From: the human T2T-CHM13v2.0 reference genome, Homo sapiens
Direction: 5' to 3' (one strand)
NCBI RefSeq assembly: GCF_009914755.1
Contig: NC_060926.1
DNA length: 64,000 nt
Below are positions 43,101 through 57,295 of the stretch, in pieces. The notes beneath the pieces are model-generated. The model had not been told where the DNA came from and did not search any database. It was given only the letters and a program-made list of their open reading frames with translations. How positions within the stretch are numbered: the first letter of the stretch is position 1; each line of letters starts with the position of its first letter. The translations under genes were made by a program, and so were the position numbers.

Positions 43101-46100
43101 ACTTTTCTTGTGCCCAGGTACTTATTGTCACTCAATACTGTGATTAAATCCTTTCTGCAAAAAAGTGGGTTTTCAGCTCAGGAAAAGAGCAACTTATTTT
43201 AAGTTATTTACATCTCTAAACATCATGCTCCCATTTGAACAGATAAAAGTCTTTATTCCCCTGTATGTTTACATAAGAAAGTTCTTTACAGACTTTTTTT
43301 TATACAATACTTGTGCAGCAATGTTCAAATTTCACGTTTTTACTGCATAAGATATCTTCATGTACAACTGTATGCTTTGTCTTCTTGGGAAGGACGCGTT
43401 AAAGACCTATGATAAACACACATCCACATGACAAAGGAGAGTGCAATAGGGCAGAGTAGAATACTCACAGGAAAAGAGTAAATTCAGGTCACTACATCAA
43501 AGTGTGAACCAAGAACGTGTCTTTAATTCTAGCAACTACCACCATTTGGTAACTTCTTTGCATAGGTTAGCATTACCCAAGGAGCCTCCCTATCCCGTAT
43601 TAGTGAAAGGAAATCTGGGAGAAGCAAAAGAGGTTTCTTGTTATAGATTTCCTAGCACTCATTCTGATTTAAGAAATCTAAGCACATCCAACTTCAGAAA
43701 CATTACTAATGTGGAAAAAGAAAAGGCTGACTTTGTGTTGATAAAATTATAGCCTTTAGAGAGGAATAAAGATAGCTTTGCAGTATCTGGAGTGTTTCAG
43801 GAAAGCTTCCATTCTAAATATTCATGTGATAGTTTTTCTGTTCTGCCAGGCAGCCTCTAATTTGCTTAACCCGGCACACTGGGCAATCCTGTCATTTTCA
43901 TCCCAAAGCTCAAAGTTAGTGGCTATGGGAGCCTGATAATCTTGCAGACAGAGAAGGTTAAGGACTCTGGGAAATCACAGAAAAACCTTATCAAGAGAGA
44001 CTTTATTTTGGCCCAAGGTATCTATAGCATGTATTTATTTAGCTGAGTGCAGATCCCTCCACATCATAGGCTGTCAGCCCCAAAGATCCCTTCATTCCCA
44101 CAGCACTGCTGAAGGCAGAACTGTTCCTAACCTGGGGAAGGTTATATTGGTTGATCAATTATCTGTCAGGAGAGTAGGAAATAAGTAATCAAAACAACCA
44201 AAAGTATTAATAATAAAACAAATATTACATCTTGAGAAAGTAGTTCGTTTCTTGGGTTTGTTTTTCCACAAGTATTAGCAATCCAAGTTGTGTAATTCTA
44301 ATTCAGGAAGAGCGAAGTCCAATATCAAATAACACTGAACAAAGTGACAACTTCTTTCAGAGGTGTTTTAATACCCATATCTTTCAATGTTTTAAACCAT
44401 TCTAAAGACTAAGGAATCACAGAAGTTTCCTTATTCAGAAAATTACAGAAATTAAGTCTTAATCATGTTCACTTTCTATTATAAGGTCCTCTCTGAGAAT
44501 TTTTTGTGGATTATCCTTTTTACTGTCTTCAACAGTAACCACTCTTCATCTTACAGGGTTGAATTTGCTTTCTGGAAATGGCTAAATGTTACTCAGAACC
44601 AAGAGTAGTAGAAAAAGTAGACAAAGAAAGAATATACTTCCAGGTGCTTTCTCAAAGTGATACTAATTAAATAATATAGCTGATTTTCTTATACCTTATT
44701 ACCTTCCTTGATATTATTTCTAAGGAGAGGAGTTTCAAAAATAACTTTAAGGATGGCAGCATCATTAGAATAAGTATTAACTTCTTAAGTAAAACTAGAT
44801 GACATTGAGGGGAACAACACTTAATTAGATGTCAAAATTCTGATATGTCTGCTAAAGAAATCATTAATTATAATAATTATAATCATACTTAGAAGTGTCC
44901 ACTTAAGCCTTATCTCCTCTGAGGTATGTATTTTTGAAAACATTGGGACTCATTTGAATGTTGTAAAGGGAAAAATCAATTTGTCATGTTTTCTGCTATA
45001 GTTACTCCTCTTACATAGCTGGAATAAAAGCAAATCAGAAACATATGCTTATAGTATTTGCCCGTTTTAAACTGGTAGATGCCTGATTATACATTTAAAA
45101 AGAAATCTTCTGATACCATTTTATTAGAATAGGTAGGTGTGTGTCCACGCATGTGTTTCTGTAATACTTAAAAAGGAAAATCTCTAAGATTATGATTTAG
45201 GCTTCTATTCAGATAATCAAGAAAGAGCAAGTTAGTAAAAGCCCATTATAATTCTTTAAAATGTAAACACTGCTACCGTAATAGCAGGAACTACAGAAGA
45301 TAACTGAAGAACATCAGGATTATATAAATCCTTCATAGCCCTTCTCAATATAATAATATATACTTAGGACCCTATACTTCTATAATCTTAAAGACCATCT
45401 AGTCCAAACCCATCGTATAACTCTAAGGAACAGCAACTCTGAGAGGTGAAGTGCCTGCTGAAGGTCACTCAGCCAGTGGCTGGCAAGGGCCAGGATGAGA
45501 TCCCAGGTGGCCTGTCCTGCCCAGGCCTCTTCTCCCCCGACCCTGTTCAATCCAGCTCAGGTCCCACACCTGTAAAATGAAGAGGATGGTGGACTAGAGG
45601 ATGGTCTCAAAGGTCCCTTTGTAGCTCAGGCTATGATTCCACAGGTACCAGGACACTATGCTCAACTCAAATAAACTCTTTCAGCTCAGGGATGATGCTC
45701 TAAACCAAGGAAGGCTCCGTTTACCAAAGCACTCATATGTGTTCCTTAACAGAAAAATAGTTCTCCCCTTTGAGGAGGCCTTACTCTAAATAAGCCCAAG
45801 ACAATTTCTTGTCATTATCTCCCTTAGGCTTCTACTGCCGTCTCTGGCTTCTAGTCTGCTCATTTTCATTAACTGCCTCCATTAAGCTTTACTGAGCCAA
45901 ATGACTAGATAATATATTTCAATGTAATTATGGGTAATATATGAAAAGAACAATTTAGAGATACCTAATTTCTAAACTGTACTCTTCATAGTTTCAATTA
46001 AATTGAGAAACTAGATATTTCATTATATTTCTAACATGTATATACGAAAAAAATCAAATATGAAAACATAGAACTCAAACATTATTCTTATTTAAAAATA

Positions 46101-48178
46101 AACATTTCCTTCATTAATTTATACATTCTTTCTATGTCCAGGAAAGAGAATACAATTCTGACCTGCAGCAATTTTCCTGTCCATAAAGGGGTAAACCAAG
46201 TCCTATTTTCACTGCTATCCAACCACAGAGAGCCCTTCGTGGATATCTTTTGCTTTTTAATCCTCGGCAGGAAGCTTGTGCCTCTCTCAGTTTTGGAAAT
46301 GGTCTGTTATTCAACTAGAGGCCTTTACCTAGCTCATCTTGTTTCAGCCAGCACGGGAAGTATTTAAAGACAGAAGGAAGGCTGGAAGATTCAGACTTTT
46401 CCTCCAATGCCTTTCAAAGGCTACTCGCACATTCCTAGGGTCAAACCTTGCCCTCCAGAATGCAGTGTTTTATAGGCTGTTGTTGCTGTTAAACTTTTTT
46501 CCCCCATAAAGTGCAAATGTGAGGAAGAAGAAACAAAAGTACTAGATAGCAAAACAAGCAAATGGACTTGGAATTTTATTTGTACAGATCTGATTAACTA
46601 AGAGTTTCCCTTTTGATGATGGACAATGGCACTAGAGGAAAAGAACAGGAGTGGGGTTCTCTGTGCCCACTTCTTTTCAAAAGGGTGATTTTATAAAAGT
46701 GCTTTCCACATAAGGAAATAAAATACACTTTAATGAGTAAGTACATATAGAGAGGGTGACCATGAGGCATGTTGTCATGTTAGTGCAGGGGCCTTTATTT
46801 ATTTTATGAACAATATCCTAAAGTTAATAAAGAACTATGCTTTATTATTTTTTTTTAATCTAGGAAGCCAAGGAAAACCAGCTGAACATATTCCATTGGC
46901 TGCAGCCTTCAATTTAAACATCAGAAAGAAAGGTAAGCTGGGCACACCCAGATTGTGTCCAGCTTGTCAGCACACTTATTTCTGATTATCTGAAAATAAA
47001 CAACATGCTTATTCTAGAGACAGAGGACCTGCTGAAAGCTTATAGCACACAAGTCTATTCAAAATGATTCCATATGTTACACTGTAGGATTGTTGTGTAG
47101 TTATACAAGGGAAAGAAATCAAAACCCTGTACAGACACCTGATATCAGACTTGAAATGCCAAGTGGAAACAGAACTATTCAGCATCTTCATTTATACACA
47201 ATTTACAATATTTGATTCAAAATAAAAATCACAAGAAAAATACATCTGTTTCTGCTACAATTCCTTCCCCTCCCCATCCTCCCCCCACCCCCGCCCCAGT
47301 GAAAAGTCTTCTAATAAAAGGTATCATATTACCACCGTCTTGTTTTGGTCTAATTCTGAGATCCCACTTGGAACAGTTAACATGAAAAGGAATGGCAATA
47401 CTTGGGATTTATATAACGTACACATTGTATCCAAGGATCTCAAATACTTGCAGTCACGTCTCCAGATCTGAGAAATCACGGTTCAATGGAAGCCAGAAAG
47501 CTGGACGAATGCTGGGCAGGTTGCATGGGGTGTAAAATCCCTTGGCTAAGTCTATGATCAAACAAGGTCAAAGTTGGTTGGCTAGAGCTGGGCTCAATTT
47601 CTCTTCTCAAATATATACTACCAGTCAGTAAGTTTTACCCTTTCTTAAACCACACACCCATCTCCAGGCTACTGCCTAGAGTTAAGACCAACTGAAGTAG
47701 CCATGTCCTCATGATAATGCATCAGGATAAAAAGCAAAAACAGGGAAATACATTCATCAGCATCTGGCCAAAGGAGACGGGGGTTGGGAGAATTGATCTG
47801 GGAGGCCATTCCTAGCAAGAACGAGACAAAAGTGTCAATTCACTAGTTTCAGTTACAGTTAAGCTTTTGGTGGAGTTGATTCCAGCAGAGGTGAAGCTCA
47901 TGGCATCTAGTGCTTGATTTAAGATAATGCTATTGAAGAAGGGTAATGAGAAAACACAGCAAACTAACAAGGAGGAACTGGCCAAGGAATATCTGGAGGG
48001 CCAAAGTGATTTTCTTTCCTTATCATTTCTACAGGAGAAGGCAAGGGGTAGGAGAAAAGGGCTGGAGGGCCCCTTATTTGCAGATTTTTTTAAAAAAATC
48101 ATTTTTTTCATAACTCCGTAATGAAAATGTATTTTACGGTATGAAGGTTACAGAACTGCATCTGCTACTGGGTCACGG

Positions 48179-48273
48179 CTACAGGTCTATGAGCTGATCC
48201 ACCAGCAGTAAAGACCTGGCTAGGTTGGGAAGACTGGACTCAGAGCTCCCACTGCTGTTTCTAGAGTGCCCAC
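48179..48273 (-). CDS. AAK1: AAK1 canonical last coding exon ((G)[30 protein letters not shown]), end of the 961-aa isoform
   Basis: Acceptor TCTCTCCACTTCCAG|GT, 95 nt to TAG at 48181-48179. Ends in clathrin-box-like LIDL; matches recalled AAK1 C-terminus. Confidence 0.95.
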
Positions 48274-49189
48274 CTGGAAGTGGAGAGATAGGAATTCAGT
48301 ACAAAACATAGAGGGTTAAGGTTTAGATGTGCAGAGCAAGCAAAGAAGAAAAACCAAACCAAAACCAAAACCAAAACAAAAAAAAACCAAAAAAACCAAA
48401 CCCTAGAGAAGCAATATTTTACATTTGCAAACCCTTACACGTTGATTTTGAAACATGTAAGTTAGCTGTCCACCACCTCCCACCAAAAGCTCAGGCACTC
48501 TGTGCACACCACAGTATAGGTAGGACATCTTGCAAAGAGGGCACTATTTTCAAATCAATACTTTTTTTGGTTGAGAATTGCTGGCTATATACCAACTTCC
48601 TGATAATATCAAGCCATCTCCCTTTGATAAAGTAAAAATCAATAATTTTTGCTTTGGGGAGAAACTAGTTATTAAGATACTGCAATAAGAACATGCTTTA
48701 AAAAATAAATAGATGGTCCCATGGTAATTTAGTGTTTTATGGCATGTTCACATGATTTTCCTCCATCAAAGTTGAAAAAGGATGCTCCATTAATGTCAAA
48801 AAGATGTGAATGATACCAAAACACAGCTGTTAATCTCTTTGGGAAAAATATTTATTATGGATTATTCTAATCATGATAAAAAATGTGATGTGCTTTTGAT
48901 ATATACCTTCAGGTTTCCACTGACTAAAGATCATTTTGCTTTTGGCTTCATGGTAAAAACTAACTTTTGGCCAACTGTTAAAGACTTCTCTCTAAATAAA
49001 CACCACGGTCAAACTTTAAAGATACCTATCTCTATCTATCTCTATTGGTCCAGCCTACAATGATTCTCATTACACCCAATGTCCTTCATTAAATGTTGAT
49101 GCTTTTCTTCCCCCTTGCAGATTAGGTGCATGACTATTTTGAAGAGAACTGAGGCCAAGCTCTTCTCTTTTCCCCATCCTTTTTCTTAC

Positions 49190-49300
49190 CTTGTGGGTTT
49201 TTGGTTATCAATACAGGAATAGGGTCAAACTCATCTTCAGCCACCTTGTCCGAGCCCTCAGGGACATCAAAACCTGAGATGAGATTACTATCTTCTGCAG
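49190..49300 (-). CDS. AAK1: AAK1 penultimate coding exon (111 nt; (A)[36 protein letters not shown])
   Basis: Acceptor CTGTATTAAG|CT and strong donor AAG|GTAAGA, phase 1/1. Confidence 0.95.
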
Positions 49301-50783
49301 CTTAATACAGAATGCAAGTACACAAGCAGAAACAACAGAGGCAGAGATTAGCAAATGAGAGAATGTGAAAGAGGCACAAAGATCTCAACTGTACAGCCCT
49401 GTTATTTTCAAAGGTGAAAGGATTTATCTTTCTGAGTTGAAATAAAAATAGCAAAACTGGAAAATACAGAGATATAGAAAAAAATGCTTTAGAGTTGGCC
49501 ATGTTGACTTTTATAATGATTAGGGAAAAGGGTTCTTGGAAGAATTCTATTATTTATAAGACATTAATTATAATTATTGTGAGGTATCTCTTCATTGTCA
49601 CTAATCCACAAAGGCATAGGAATAAGTCACTTGTCTTCACTGAGGGAACAGAGGCCAAACAATATTTGAAAAACTCAAAACCGGGGCTTGGGGGCAGGGC
49701 AGGGGAGGAGGAAGAGAATTGGTGGCTCTTTAAGAAGTAACCACTGTATATAATGCAAACAAAATACTGCTGGAAGGACTCACTGCACTGTGACTGGGAA
49801 AAAAAGACACTGAAACAACTCAGAAGCCTCAGGGAACGCTGAGGCACAAGATCACACGCACTGAGGCCTCAAGTAGAAGTTTGTTAGAATAGTCTTCTCC
49901 ATTCTAATTAAAGCTACCCTAACAGCAAGCAAGTGCTGGCTGAGCACTTATTTTGCAAATGATGCTTCTCTGTAATTCTACATTGCTGCTGACATACTCC
50001 TGCCAGACATCACTGTCTAAATAGGTAACTTCCCTCTACATAATCTATAAAAACATAATCATTTTAATGTCATCACGGGTAAAAACAAAAACTCAGCTAT
50101 TACCATTGCAAACCACAGAGGTGATTATTTTTAGTCATTCTGGGGAGGCTTCCTTCTTGAATTTTCTCCTGAAGGGACTTAAGCTCTTTCTTTTCTACAC
50201 ATTTTCTCTTTCCAGAAGACTACTTTCACTACCCAATCACAGAAAGTTCAGTAACAAAGTAAGCCAGGCATTGAGCCTGACACTGTCACAAACTGCTCAT
50301 TGAATAGAATCTGATTCAAGCTACCTCTGTCCAGGATTTCAGACCACTATTAACCCAAGACTGAAAAATGAAAATAGTAGATTAGAAAGAGAAATCCAGT
50401 AACCAATCATGACTTGAAGGTGAACTAAAATTCAAAACTTCTACAAGTTCAACCTTGCAAGGACTGACTTTTGAGGAAAGATGCTTATTTCTTTATTGCA
50501 GTCATCACTATGCAATAACTTTGAATCAGATATGATAAAACCATTTTACATTCTAAGGCCAACAAGCATCATATGATCATTATAGGCAGGCAGTAGATAG
50601 TCACTTCAACCATCTACTTGAATTGACTGCAAAGGTATCTAGCTCTTAAAGGTAACATGGAATATCTGCATTCTATGTTCTTGCCAGAAAGCAATACTTT
50701 CACCAATCTGTTGTCTAGGGCTTTTTTCAGATTTAATTTTATTTATTTTTAGTACCTGTCTGCTATTTTTTTTGTTTTTTTAG

Positions 50784-51070
<287 letters not shown>

Positions 51071-51260
51071 TAAGTCTTAGTAAATATTCTCACTGAGAGG
51101 TATTATAACACAGTATCTAGGAGATACTCAAGTTTTCCATACAAGGAGGTAGTTTTAAAACTTCACTAGTAAAGACTTTTGATAAGAAAAACTTTCAAAA
51201 GTTGTTTAGTTCTTTCCCCTCTAAGGACACATGTGGGCCTGAGAAGAAGAAAGCATTTAC

Positions 51261-51371
51261 CTTTATGGACTGGAGCAGAGATTGCTGTGGGGGCAAACTC
51301 TTCCAGAAGGTCAGTAGTAGGGTTAGAGAGCAGAGAGCAATCAAGCAGGGAATCTTCCCCGGTGAGAGAAT
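51261..51371 (-). CDS. AAK1: AAK1 internal coding exon (111 nt; (D)[36 protein letters not shown])
   Basis: Acceptor GGACTCAG|AT and donor AAG|GTAAAT, phase 1/1. Contained in ORF-track entry 51166..51423. Confidence 0.95.
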
Positions 51372-51430
51372 CTGAGTCCAGATTAACAGCATCCCAGGTC
51401 AGTGATGGCATTAAGTGGCACACACAACAA

Positions 51431-51662
51431 TATCATGAGATTAGATCTTAGCTTTTAAGTTACTGCATTTACACGTTACACATAAAAGCCAAAGCGGGAG
51501 AATAAAAACCAAAAGAAATGTGTGGAGCCTTCTGGATTTTCATCTGTATCATGAGATTAGATCTTAGCTTTTAAGTTACTGCATTTACACGTTACACATA
51601 CAAGCCAAAGTGGGAGAATGAAAACCAAAAGAAATGTGTGGAGGCTTCTGGATTTTCATCTA
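51431..51662. repeat. 116-bp tandem duplication in an AAK1 intron
   Basis: TATCATGAGATTAGATCTTAGC...GGATTTTCATCT(G/A) at 51431-51546 and 51547-51662, about 5 mismatches. Confidence 0.95.
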
Positions 51663-53169
51663 TAGAAACATGTCTTTCTAGATTCCTCTTAACATTAACA
51701 TAGAAATAGAGGATAATTTTTTGCTCAGAGGTTGCTGGTTAAATAGGTCTGTGATTTGGATGCTGAGCTAACTTTAGCACCTCAGTTCTTAGTGAATGCC
51801 ATTTGGGAGAAAAAACTTTACAATTAGAGTTTCACTTAAACTTTCCCTAAACACTCATAGAAGGAAGTTACTATAGGACAAAGTATCCAAACTGATTAGG
51901 AGAGGGTTGCCTCTGGCTTATTATTAGCAGAATGTGACAAGATTAAACAGTACCTTCTAGAACTCAACCAGGTTCCCACCCACAATGCCTCTAGCTAGTA
52001 TTCTTTACATTGAAATTGGCCCTTTGAACATGATTTTGACTTCAGAAAACCAAGACAAAAACTCAGAGTTTAAGTTTCTTTTTGAGACGGAGTCTCGCTC
52101 CAGCTCCCAGGCTGGAGTGCAGTGGGACGACCTTGGCTCACCGCAACCTCTGCCTTCTGGGTTCAAGCGATTCTCCTGCCTCAGCCTCTTGAGTAGCTGG
52201 GATTACAGGCATGCGCTACCACAACCGGCTAATTTTGTATTTTTAGTGGAGACGGCGTTTCTCCATGTTGGTCAGGCTGGTCTCAAACTCCCGACCTCAG
52301 GTGATCCGCCCACTTCAGTCTCCCAAAGTGCTGGGATTACAGGTGTGAGCCAAGGCACCCAGCCTGAGTTTAAGCATTTTAACACAGGGATTGTTTTCTG
52401 AGAAGTTTTCTAGGAGAAAACATTCAAATGAGGATAAGGAAAATAAATCATAATGTCTTTGGAGGTAATTTTTTTTTCACCTGCATGAATTTATCCTCAC
52501 ATTTCCTAGGCTTCTAATTGTTTCTATCCAAGTTTGAAAACCAGATACTTTTATCAAGGGAATTATGGACAAAAAAAAAAAAAAAAGAAGAAGGTTACCA
52601 AATCTGTATTTGTGGGCAGTTAAGAAATTCTATTAAGACTGAATTTTGAAATTAGGGTACAAGTAATACTACATCTAGGGAAGACTTCAACTTTGCCTAC
52701 AATTTTACAGCAAATTACCTATACAGGATTAAAGCACTGTGCTGGGAACGGAACATCAATATATAGAAGATGAGCTCCACGGACATCACTGGCATTGGCA
52801 GACTGGAAAGATGTACAGCAATCTGGAGGGTTAAGGGTATCCTTACAGCTCGGCAGAGTTCTTTAATTAAGGACATAGAGGGATCCCACCACCAGTGAAA
52901 AGAATTTTGAATAAAGAAATACTGTAACCAGAGAAAGCCCAGAGATCACTCCACAGAGAACATGGCTCCAAAAAGTACTCAGTTCTTTAGCAAGGAAATA
53001 TATCACTCAACATCTAGAAGCCGGGGCTGTGACAATTCAGAGTGTCCATTTCAGGAGGAACTACCTGGGCTTCAAAATAAGCCCAGGAACGACTGAGCCA
53101 GGTGAAAAGACTGGCTCAGAGGTTCACCACACCGACCAGTCCCTGCAGCTGCAGAGACACCTGACTGAC

Positions 53170-53271
53170 CTGTGCGATTCGAGGTCACAGATTCCGTCTG
53201 AGATGGGAGGCGCTGGGGAACTGGGGGCTCCAGTCCTGGTATGAGACTCTCAACAGCAACATCAGCTTTTT
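53170..53271 (-). CDS. AAK1: AAK1 internal coding exon (102 nt; (E)[33 protein letters not shown])
   Basis: Acceptor GTTACGAAAG|AA and donor CAG|GTCAGT, phase 1/1, open frame continuing the previous exon. Confidence 0.95.
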
Positions 53272-54160
53272 CTTTCGTAACAGAGCATTAAGAAGAGGAA
53301 AGGGTAAGGGAAAGGGAGTCAGAAGTTTCTTTAGGAAATTCTGTGAAGCTTTCTTCTTTTTTTTTAATTCTCATTTTTTGAGATGGTGTCTTGCTCCTGA
53401 GCTCAAGCGATCTATCCCACCTTGGCCTCCCAAAGTCCTGTGGTTACAAGTGTGAGCCACTGCACCCAGCCATGTGAAGACTTTCTTTTAACAGGTCTCT
53501 AAAATGCCAGTCTCAGGCAAGGTGGAAAGAAAAATAAGTTACTTTATTTCTGCTGCTCTGAATGTCTAGGCTTCACTGAGCATGCATGTGCAAGGTTAAA
53601 TACTGTGGCCAGTCTCACTAATGATCAGTTCTCATAAACAAATTCAGAACATAAGCCGCTCAGCAAACCTCTTCCATGTCAGAAGAGATGGGCTGAAAGG
53701 CACCTTAATTTTTTCTGGTAATTTCACTTTTATTAAGGGATAAACCTGGGGGCAAACATCCTCTGTGCCATGCAAAGGCCATTAATCCATCTCAAACCCC
53801 ATCCCAGGATGTAGCTGGGAGGCCTTTTGCACCACGTGACACCCCTCAGCTGCAGGCCTACCCCTATGCAAGGTCATGGCACTTCTGAGTTCTAGGACTT
53901 TCTGCCCAAAGGCATTATTAGGTGCCTCATGATTGGACCCTCCTGGAGTACAGGGGCCTTGGACATTTTGCAAATCTTGCCTGCCTTGCTGTTGGAACAT
54001 AGGAAAATGTGAGAGAGGAAGCAGACCAAGCCCCTGCCCTGGATTCTATTTATGGGGCTTAACCAGTGGGCAAAATGTTTTCTCAGTTACTGATACTTGG
54101 TATATACATGGACCTTTTTAAATTTTTTAATTTTGTTTAAGATGGGTCTCTGTCACTTAA

Positions 54161-54250
<90 letters not shown>

Positions 54251-54285
54251 TAGCACAGGTGTGCACCCCCACACCTGGCTAATTA

Positions 54286-54782
<497 letters not shown>

Positions 54783-54895
54783 TCATTCATAAGAGATCCA
54801 CTCTAGAAATCTCCAGATATCAAGAAAGGCAAAAAATAGACGTTGTACCCCCGAAAAGCAAGGAAAACACTTCATTTGGAGTGATACAAGTGAGA

Positions 54896-55020
54896 TTAAA
54901 TAGCCTTGGCTTCTGGGGTGGCAGGGCTATTCCCCAGGGATTGGTTAACTAGGTACTTGTCATTCTTGAAACAGGCACACATATCATGCATGACTGAAGA
55001 AACAGAGATGATGACTTTAC
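54896..55020 (-). CDS. AAK1: AAK1 short-isoform tail by read-through of the donor into the intron ([41 protein letters not shown])
   Basis: Frame stays open for 41 residues past the 55021 donor to TAA at 54898-54896. Matches the recalled C-terminus of the 863-aa AAK1 isoform. Confidence 0.85.
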
Positions 55021-55122
55021 CAATTACAGCATCAGAAGTGCTACCAAAAGGATCTGTCATAGGCAAGAGGTCAGGGAGCAGAAGAGAAGTGTCAGGAGAT
55101 TTGAGTCCCTCAATTAGTTTTT
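55021..55122 (-). CDS. AAK1: AAK1 internal coding exon (102 nt; (E)[33 protein letters not shown])
   Basis: Acceptor CCCAACGTAG|AA and donor TTG|GTAAAG, phase 1/1. Peptide matches recalled AAK1 C-terminal region with a DPF motif. Confidence 0.95.
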
Positions 55123-55374
55123 CTACGTTGGGCAGAGAGACAAAAAGAAAGCAAAAATGTAGTAAGATATTAAAGCCAGCGGATCATTCACTATTCTTTA
55201 AGCAAACACATTTTAGGGGTCAATATTTGGTACAGGTTCACCATAAAAATGAATGCTATTAATATCTTGTTAACAACAGGTTTTCAAAATTGGAAGTTTA
55301 AAAATGATTACTTCCTCAAGTGAAGTAGTCACTTTGTAAGGCATTCAAGATGCTGTCCTGGGTGCGTCTGCTTG

Positions 55375-55880
55375 TTTTTATTTGAGGTGTAATTTGCATA
55401 CAATAAAAGTCGCCCATTTTAAGTGTACAATGTGGTTAGTCTGGACAAATGTATACATTCATATCATTACCACTGAAATGATACAGAACATTTCCAAAAC
55501 CTGAGAAAATTCCTTCATAACCCTTTACAGTCAGTGCCTTCCTCTCACCACAGACCCTGGTAACAACAGATCTGCTTTCTGTCCCTACAGCTTTGCCTTT
55601 TCCAGAATTTCCTATAAATGGAACCACAGAGTATGTAGTCTTTTGTGTGTGGTTTCCTTCCTTTGGCATAATGCCTTTGAGATGAAAGTCATCCGTGTGG
55701 TCGCAAGTATCAATAGTTTGCTCTGTTTTTCTGCTGAGTCCTGTTCCATTGTATGGCTGTACCACACTTTGTTGATCCATTCACCAACTGAACATTTGGT
55801 TGTTTCCAGTTTTTAAGCTGGTAAAAATAAAGCTGCCATAAACATTTGCATATAAATCTTTGTATGTTCATTTTCCTTCT
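55375..55880 (-). mobile_element. Old L1M fragment
   Basis: TTTTCCAGAATTTCCTATAAATGGAACCACAGAGTATGTAGTCTTTTG...CCATTGTATGGCTGTACCACA, antisense L1 3' UTR pattern. Confidence 0.75.
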
Positions 55881-56801
55881 CGGGCTTAGTTTTGAATCTC
55901 TCTCTTTTTTCGGGGGTTGGGGGGGACTTTATTTAGAAACAGTTTATAACTCACCAAGATAATCAATTCAACCACACCTAAGCTGACTTCAACGATCATT
56001 TATTGTCTGCCAACTATGCACCTGTGACATGCTGGCAGTCATATTATTCTATGGTCAAATATCACAAAATTCACTTAAGCCCAAAAATGGATTACTCTTG
56101 ATGTCTTCTGGCCAAGAAATAAAAGGACGCCTGAGCCACCAGACTTGTCACACCTGGTAACTTAATGTTTGACAATGTGTGCACATTTGGATTCCTTCCA
56201 AAACAATTCTTTTAGCCCGATCCATCAAGAACCCTCTATTTACCTTTAAGCTATTAAAGGTAAAGCATTAACTTGAAACAAAATAATGAATCATAGAATC
56301 TTATAGGAAGAAGGGAATTTAGAGCTCACATTTCCTGTTAAGAGGAGACTTAGATCACATAAATTCTGTAACTTGCCCAATTAAAGACATGTCAACAACG
56401 TTCTTTTAAACCATGGAAATGTCATTAAGAGAACTAAAATTAAAATGTTTGCTTGAGAAAAAGAAGTGACTTAAAGTCCAAGAACGTGTATATAACGTTG
56501 TAATAAATCTGTATTCTTCTAGGCCATTTGGGAATTGAGATAAGCAAGAAATAAATTGATATTCATGGAAAAACAGGAACCAAATTTTAGGTGATCTTCA
56601 ATTTAGGTGATCTGTAACTACACAGGTCAAACAAAAGAATGGATTTCAGAGTCTTGGCAAGATAATTTGCTTTAGTATAATTAACACACTGCAGAAAAAG
56701 ACTTATATGTAAAGCCAATTCACCATCTCTGGAGTCTACGGAATGCAGATAACTTTGAATTAAATGACAATAAGCTACATATCTCATTTATACCTCGTTT
56801 A

Positions 56802-57295
<494 letters not shown>

